A stretch of DNA of 64,000 nt. Source: an uncultured Gemmatimonadota bacterium. Its GTDB lineage: Bacteria > GCA-2686955 > CAYMWF01. The stretch lies in NCBI GenBank assembly GCA_964394085.1, contig CAYMWF010000002.1, forward strand, positions 48,051 through 112,050, written 5' to 3'. Below are positions 59,736-64,000 of this stretch, piece by piece; position 1 is the stretch's first letter; each line of letters begins with the position of its first letter. Made by a program: the position numbers and the translations under genes. A model generated the notes under the pieces. It worked only from the letters and a program-made list of their open reading frames with translations. It searched no databases and was not told where the DNA came from.

Positions 59736-60139
59736 TCCATTATGTTGTAATGCCTGGGATTTGAGAGTATCCCGATCAAATCCCTGAGATCTTTGAATTC
59801 TTCAATACTGTCTTCATCACGCTTTACAAGAACGTTTTCTTGGATCAATTGTGATACAATTTCACCAATATCGGAAGAGGTAGATATTCCCCAACGTTCG
59901 ATGACCAGCCCAGCCATCAATCCGAAGCGCTCGAATGCCAATCCAATGAAGCCGTCAATGAGTTCACCGGCGTTTAAATGTCTGGTTTCCGGTAAACGCG
60001 CTACCGTTAATGTCAAAGCTTCCGCCAGAAAAAGATATGCCTCCGGAGAATATCGATCTTCTTTCATCCGGATACGTCTGATTACTGCTTTCCATTCGTC
60101 CAGCATATCTGCCATTTCAATCCTTCTCGATGTTTTCAA
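59732..60139 (-). CDS. Small soluble helical protein, unknown function
   Basis: 135 aa with no TM segment. 4-nt overlap with the DUF62 gene. Confidence 0.3.
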   Translation of the reverse strand: MKTSRRIEMADMLDEWKAVIRRIRMKEDRYSPEAYLFLAEALTLTVARLPETRHLNAGELIDGFIGLAFERFGLMAGLVIERWGISTSSDIGEIVSQLIQENVLVKRDEDSIEEFKDLRDLIGILSNPRHYNIME

Positions 60140-61715
60140 AATACCTGAGCCCCGGCCAGTTAAAAACGAAACTCCTTATTGGAGAAAAATAGTGTGCTGT
60201 ACCAATCGATATCGCCGGGGTTGATTCCGCACCAAACGGGAAGACCAGATCGATCCTGAGCGTTGTCACACCCAAATTTTCCATGTCTCCCAGTCTCAGC
60301 CCCAATCCGAGGGCAGTTCCAAACCGCGCGATGTCCCCTGACCAGGAGGTGCCCATATCAAAGAACGGAACGAAAAGCACTCTAGATAGCTTTCCTTTCC
60401 GGAAAATCAGCAGCCTTTCTTCAATATTAACACGGATCATTGAATCGCCATTGAAAAAATGTGGCGGATATCCTCTCAACCCATTCAATCCGCCCAATGA
60501 AAATTCTCCAGGTCCCCGAAGGTTATCGGATCGATAATATTCTGCTTTAAAAACCAGAGTATTGACATTTTTGTGCTTAATGAAACCTGCAATTTCAGCC
60601 GAATCCAGGAGCTCTCGTGACGAGTTATCCTTGAATGAAAAGAAACCGGATTTTTCATATGACAATGTCAGATAATGCCGGCTCCCCTGAAAGGCGGTAA
60701 AAAAAGAACCTGCAGCATATCCTACCTTATGATTGTGTTCCAGAAAATCCGAGCCAGCACCAATCGTCAGTCCTAGATTCCATCCCGTCGCCACCTCCTC
60801 AATGGCACCGAGTTTGTCTATGAGCTTTCGTTTCGAATAAACATAATCATTAAACGTTGTATTGAAGAAAAAAATACAGGTATTGGCTTCCAATGCGACT
60901 TCTTCATCTTCCCATGTTGTGTGATTAAAGTCGCATCCCGCAGTCAATCGAAATAACGGGTCGGGAACACCGGAAATATAAAAACACGATGCATCACTTT
61001 CACGGATCCATTCTTCCTGGATCACGTTTTCCAGGTAGTTGAAACAGGGTGAAATACTCTTTGAAGATCTTAATCCCAGGGAAAACCGATCTTCGTCGAA
61101 CAGGTAGGGTCGCCACAACTGGAGGTACCATGTTCCGATATGATCACCAGAAAAACCTACCCCTGCAGCTATAGCGCCTCTAGTTCCCAGCACACGGGGT
61201 TCAGCAATTTCTGACAGTCCGGAAAAAACTCCATCCTTCCTGGCTATTCCTGCACCTAGTGTTACCCTTCGCCCTAAAAGATTGATTTCGCGGAACCCCA
61301 CTGAAAAATCCAGTTGTTCCTTAGTGTAATTGAAATAAACAGGGATAAAAGTGGACCACTTGTCAACAGTCGTCAATGATATATTCATACCATCTGTAGA
61401 GATTCTGCAAGTGTCGATTCTGACTTCTGAAAATATTCCCAACCTGCGAAGGTGAGATTCTCTTTCTCTCATCTTATCGACAGTAAAAAGATCTCCGGGT
61501 TTGAATCCGAATTCTCTGCGGACGATATCTTCATCAGTCACGGAATGAAGTTCATTGATGAAGTCGAGAACCGGATCATAATTATACTTCAATTTATAAT
61601 CGAAAATGTTCGATCGCTCGATCTCTATACTGTCAATGATGGTTGTTGAGGCGGTACCCGCTGAAAAAACGACCACTGCAGGAAGAACCGATAAAAGCAG
61701 AGCAAACTTTAGCAT
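60117..61715 (-). CDS. Omp85-family outer membrane protein (POTRA + beta-barrel; BamA/TamA/ShlB-like)
   Basis: Signal peptide MLKFALLLSVLPAVVVFSAG. The POTRA-like segment is IVRREFGFKPGDLFTVDKMRERESHLRRLGIFSEVRI. The C-terminal region has a beta-strand pattern. Confidence 0.5.
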   Translation of the reverse strand: MLKFALLLSVLPAVVVFSAGTASTTIIDSIEIERSNIFDYKLKYNYDPVLDFINELHSVTDEDIVRREFGFKPGDLFTVDKMRERESHLRRLGIFSEVRIDTCRISTDGMNISLTTVDKWSTFIPVYFNYTKEQLDFSVGFREINLLGRRVTLGAGIARKDGVFSGLSEIAEPRVLGTRGAIAAGVGFSGDHIGTWYLQLWRPYLFDEDRFSLGLRSSKSISPCFNYLENVIQEEWIRESDASCFYISGVPDPLFRLTAGCDFNHTTWEDEEVALEANTCIFFFNTTFNDYVYSKRKLIDKLGAIEEVATGWNLGLTIGAGSDFLEHNHKVGYAAGSFFTAFQGSRHYLTLSYEKSGFFSFKDNSSRELLDSAEIAGFIKHKNVNTLVFKAEYYRSDNLRGPGEFSLGGLNGLRGYPPHFFNGDSMIRVNIEERLLIFRKGKLSRVLFVPFFDMGTSWSGDIARFGTALGLGLRLGDMENLGVTTLRIDLVFPFGAESTPAISIGTAHYFSPIRSFVFNWPGLRYFENIEKD

Positions 61716-61734
61716 AATACAGCTTTCCGCTGTT

Positions 61735-62205
61735 TTACCGGGAATAGGGAAGCCCCTTGGTGATGGTGAGCGCGCGATATAGTTGTTCAAGTAAAATAAT
61801 CCTGGCCAACTCATGGGGAAATGTCAATAAAGATAACGATAATACAGTGTCTGAATCTTCGATTACAGCGGTTGACAGTCCCTCTTTACCCCCGAGTAAG
61901 AACTGAAGAGGGTGATTTCCTGAATCCAATCGTCTATCGAGCCATCTACTGAATTCCATGCTGTTATACGTCTTGCCGGAACAATCCAGAGAGATCCTGT
62001 GACCTGCCTTGCGACGGTAATAATCGGCAAGCCGCTCCCCTTCAATCAGACGGATTGCATTATGCGACTTCTTTTGTCCTCCGCCAGCCTTAATCTCAAC
62101 AAGATCGAACGAAATAAAACCAGATATCATCCGGAGATATTTCTCCTGGGGGATTCTCCATATTGGAGAAATTCTTCCAACGGCTATTAGCTCGATTAAT
62201 GCCAT
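61735..62205 (-). CDS. rlmH: 23S rRNA (pseudouridine1915-N3)-methyltransferase RlmH (SPOUT)
   Basis: MALIELIAVGRISPIW...LLGGKEGLS...LSLSLLTFPHELARIILLEQLYRA. ATG at 62203-62205; the track ORF starts at an upstream TTG. Confidence 0.8.
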   Translation of the reverse strand: MALIELIAVGRISPIWRIPQEKYLRMISGFISFDLVEIKAGGGQKKSHNAIRLIEGERLADYYRRKAGHRISLDCSGKTYNSMEFSRWLDRRLDSGNHPLQFLLGGKEGLSTAVIEDSDTVLSLSLLTFPHELARIILLEQLYRALTITKGLPYSR

Positions 62206-62271
62206 GACATAAACAAACCCCGGCGGCAATGCCGCCGGGGTGAGTATTTAGGATTACTCCGGATTCAAATC

Positions 62272-63498
62272 CTACTGAATACCTGGGTCATTAAGAGTTA
62301 CTGAGAAGTCATCAGAAGCATCAGGTACAGAACCCGGGCTGTCTGCGACGACCAGCAGGAGATCGTAGGTGCCGGAAGGTATGCTTATCATATTAACCGG
62401 AATGCAACCATACCACGTATTGTTTCCAACAGCGAAGCTTGCCGTATCGAGAACGAGCTTGCCAGAAGGAGGATCGGTGGTTACGTAGATAATCTTCGTT
62501 TCGGCGCCGGCAGTGTTGTTTTTGACAGTAGCGGCTACAGGTACGCCACAACCGTTCACAGCCTCGTCACAGAATGCCGAGTAGGTGATTCTCCATGGAG
62601 GAGGTTCGACACCGCATTTGCCTTCTACAGGAGCTTCTACATCGTAAACCGGGAACGGAGGATAGAATGTTGCGATATCAGCAATTTTCGCCACTTCATC
62701 CGTAGTTCCTAAACCCCAGCCGAAGCTGATGCCGGAAAGGTAACAGCAACCTTCAGATACGAGAACTCCACCGCTCAGGGAGAACCACTCGAGCGCGTTG
62801 AAGCCCTGGTTGATGCAGAAGAAATAACCGCTTGCATCGTCATAGCTCAGAGAAGCCATGTCGTAGCCATCGGATCCACAAGCCCACGGAACATCCCAAG
62901 CAGCGACATAATTTACAGTGTAGTCAGGATTAATAGTGTATTGGACGATTTGATCGGGAGAGGAGTTGGTGGACTGATAGAGGTAGCCATTTTCTTCATC
63001 AACGGCATTACCGGCACCTGCCATATTATCAACAGTGGTAGCAATTACATTGAATCCACTGTCCATGGCGTACGTGGTGTACCAGTTCCAGCTCGAAGTA
63101 AAGTAAACATCCTCTTCCTGATGATAACCAAGACCACGTCCGGAAGCGTAAAGTACAGGGTCATGATAGCCGAAACCTGTTTCTACACAATCTTCAGACA
63201 TTGTGAAAAAGTTATCACCACTCGTTCCACCTACCTCAGTCACTGCGAACTCGTAGGTGTTGCAATTGAACGCGAAATCGCCGAGAAATACGCAATCGCC
63301 CGCAGGACCGACAACATTCCCGCAGAGACCTAGATTGTCGCACGGTGCATCCATATCGCCAGTGTGACGCTGAACCAATTCAGGCGGGGCGACAGGATTG
63401 TAAGTCGTGGTTGTGGGAAGGCTTTTCACGTTTACGGCGAAAGCCATCGAAGCAATAAATAGGATGCATAAAGATGCAATCAATGTTCTCATCACCAT
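62272..63498 (-). CDS. Secreted protein with possible C-terminal sorting/Ig-like domain
   Basis: Start at ATG 63496-63498 (AGGAGA RBS). Signal peptide MVMRTLIASLCILFIASMAFA. The C-terminal roughly 85 aa beta-rich segment ends ...SGTYDLLLVVADSPG.... Confidence 0.45.
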   Translation of the reverse strand: MVMRTLIASLCILFIASMAFAVNVKSLPTTTTYNPVAPPELVQRHTGDMDAPCDNLGLCGNVVGPAGDCVFLGDFAFNCNTYEFAVTEVGGTSGDNFFTMSEDCVETGFGYHDPVLYASGRGLGYHQEEDVYFTSSWNWYTTYAMDSGFNVIATTVDNMAGAGNAVDEENGYLYQSTNSSPDQIVQYTINPDYTVNYVAAWDVPWACGSDGYDMASLSYDDASGYFFCINQGFNALEWFSLSGGVLVSEGCCYLSGISFGWGLGTTDEVAKIADIATFYPPFPVYDVEAPVEGKCGVEPPPWRITYSAFCDEAVNGCGVPVAATVKNNTAGAETKIIYVTTDPPSGKLVLDTASFAVGNNTWYGCIPVNMISIPSGTYDLLLVVADSPGSVPDASDDFSVTLNDPGIQ

Positions 63499-63798
63499 TC
63501 TCCTGTAATTCTTCGTACATTTTCTGTGTTTTGGAGTAGTGTCTTGCTTAAGCGAAGAAACCTCCTTTCCCCATCTCACCTATGTTTGACGAATACCTGC
63601 ATCTAACTATTTGCCCATCATGGAAGGGCATTCAACACATTGGATCGCTAACATTGGATCAGGAAAAAACATAAAGTTACACATAGCTATTTTATACCCT
63701 ATCCATTACGCGATTGTCAACTAAAAACGCAAGAAAATCAGCTTTTTACTTGAGAAAACTGTAGCTGGGGGTATATTGAGTCGAGTGATTCGATCGGT

Positions 63799-64000
63799 AT
63801 GTCCACCGGAGTTATCGATATCAATCAATCAGGGGACAATTTCGATTTTGCCAGCTGTAACTCGTGTGGAAAGTGCATGAGGGTTTGTCCACCTGCGCAG
63901 CTCTCCGGCATAGAGCCGGTGGCTCAAATTGAAGAACTGAAGCAGACCGACTATTTAAATAATCCCATTGTTTCAAAGTGTATTGGTTGCTTCCTGTGTG
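63799..64000 (+). CDS. 4Fe-4S ferredoxin-type iron-sulfur protein, 5' fragment (continues past window end)
   Basis: ATG at 63799. Manual translation: MSTGVIDINQSGDNFDFASCNSCGKCMRVCPPAQLSGIEPVAQIEELKQTDYLNNPIVSKCIGCFLC. It carries CxxCxxCxxxCP plus the start of a second cluster motif. Not in the ORF track because it has no stop within the window. Confidence 0.55.
   Translation, partial: MSTGVIDINQSGDNFDFASCNSCGKCMRVCPPAQLSGIEPVAQIEELKQTDYLNNPIVSKCIGCFLC

Noticed and set aside
1-64000. Scan for CRISPR arrays, IS/transposase, integrase, toxin-antitoxin or known defence-system genes
   Set aside because: No regularly spaced direct repeats and no recognisable recombinase, transposase, nuclease or NTPase defence signatures were seen. 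The region reads as core envelope, housekeeping and flagellar content.

Overview
This 64 kb window is a bacterial chromosomal segment from a diderm organism. LapA/LapB, LolA, an Omp85-family protein and beta-barrel outer membrane proteins are all present. Gene density is high at about 60 protein genes plus one tRNA, and most genes sit on the minus strand.

Content, in order along the window:
- 1-8.6 kb is an AT-rich surface-glycan cluster on the minus strand: GT4, an FAD oxidoreductase, a Wzx-like flippase, GT2, and two tandem alkaline-phosphatase-family paralogs flanking a membrane protein.
- 8.7-12.4 kb holds an isoprenoid lipid module: a polyprenyl diphosphate synthase, a UbiA-family prenyltransferase of the DGGGPS/ChlG-like subfamily, and a 486-aa polytopic membrane protein.
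- 12.5-33.9 kb holds envelope and housekeeping genes: secreted proteins, der, a DUF512 radical-SAM-like protein, tRNA-Gly(CCC), miaA, mutL, a CxxCH/Trp-rich lipoprotein next to an outer membrane protein, an MBL hydrolase, mutS, a SPOR/TPR protein, lapAB, miaB and hutI-hutU.
- 34-44.3 kb is a plus-strand flagellar filament island with elevated GC: csrA, a GmaR-like GT2-TPR candidate flagellin glycosyltransferase, flagellin 1, flaG, fliS, an flgM-like anti-sigma-28 gene, flagellin 2, fliD and a small chaperone-like ORF.
- 44.2-63.6 kb is a long minus-strand array: rimO, lolA, ftsK, thiE, accC/accB, plsC, an ECF sigma/anti-sigma pair followed by an HtrA-like protein with its catalytic triad substituted, yigZ, a DUF62 SAM hydroxide adenosyltransferase, an Omp85-family protein, rlmH and a secreted protein.
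- A partial 4Fe-4S ferredoxin gene sits at the 3' edge.

No CRISPR array, IS element, integrase or recognisable defence system was seen. The most notable items are the DGGGPS-like prenyltransferase module, the GmaR-like GT2-TPR gene at the head of a csrA-flagellin locus that lacks an adjacent fliW, the pseudo-HtrA under ECF sigma control, and a small CxxCH Trp-rich lipoprotein.
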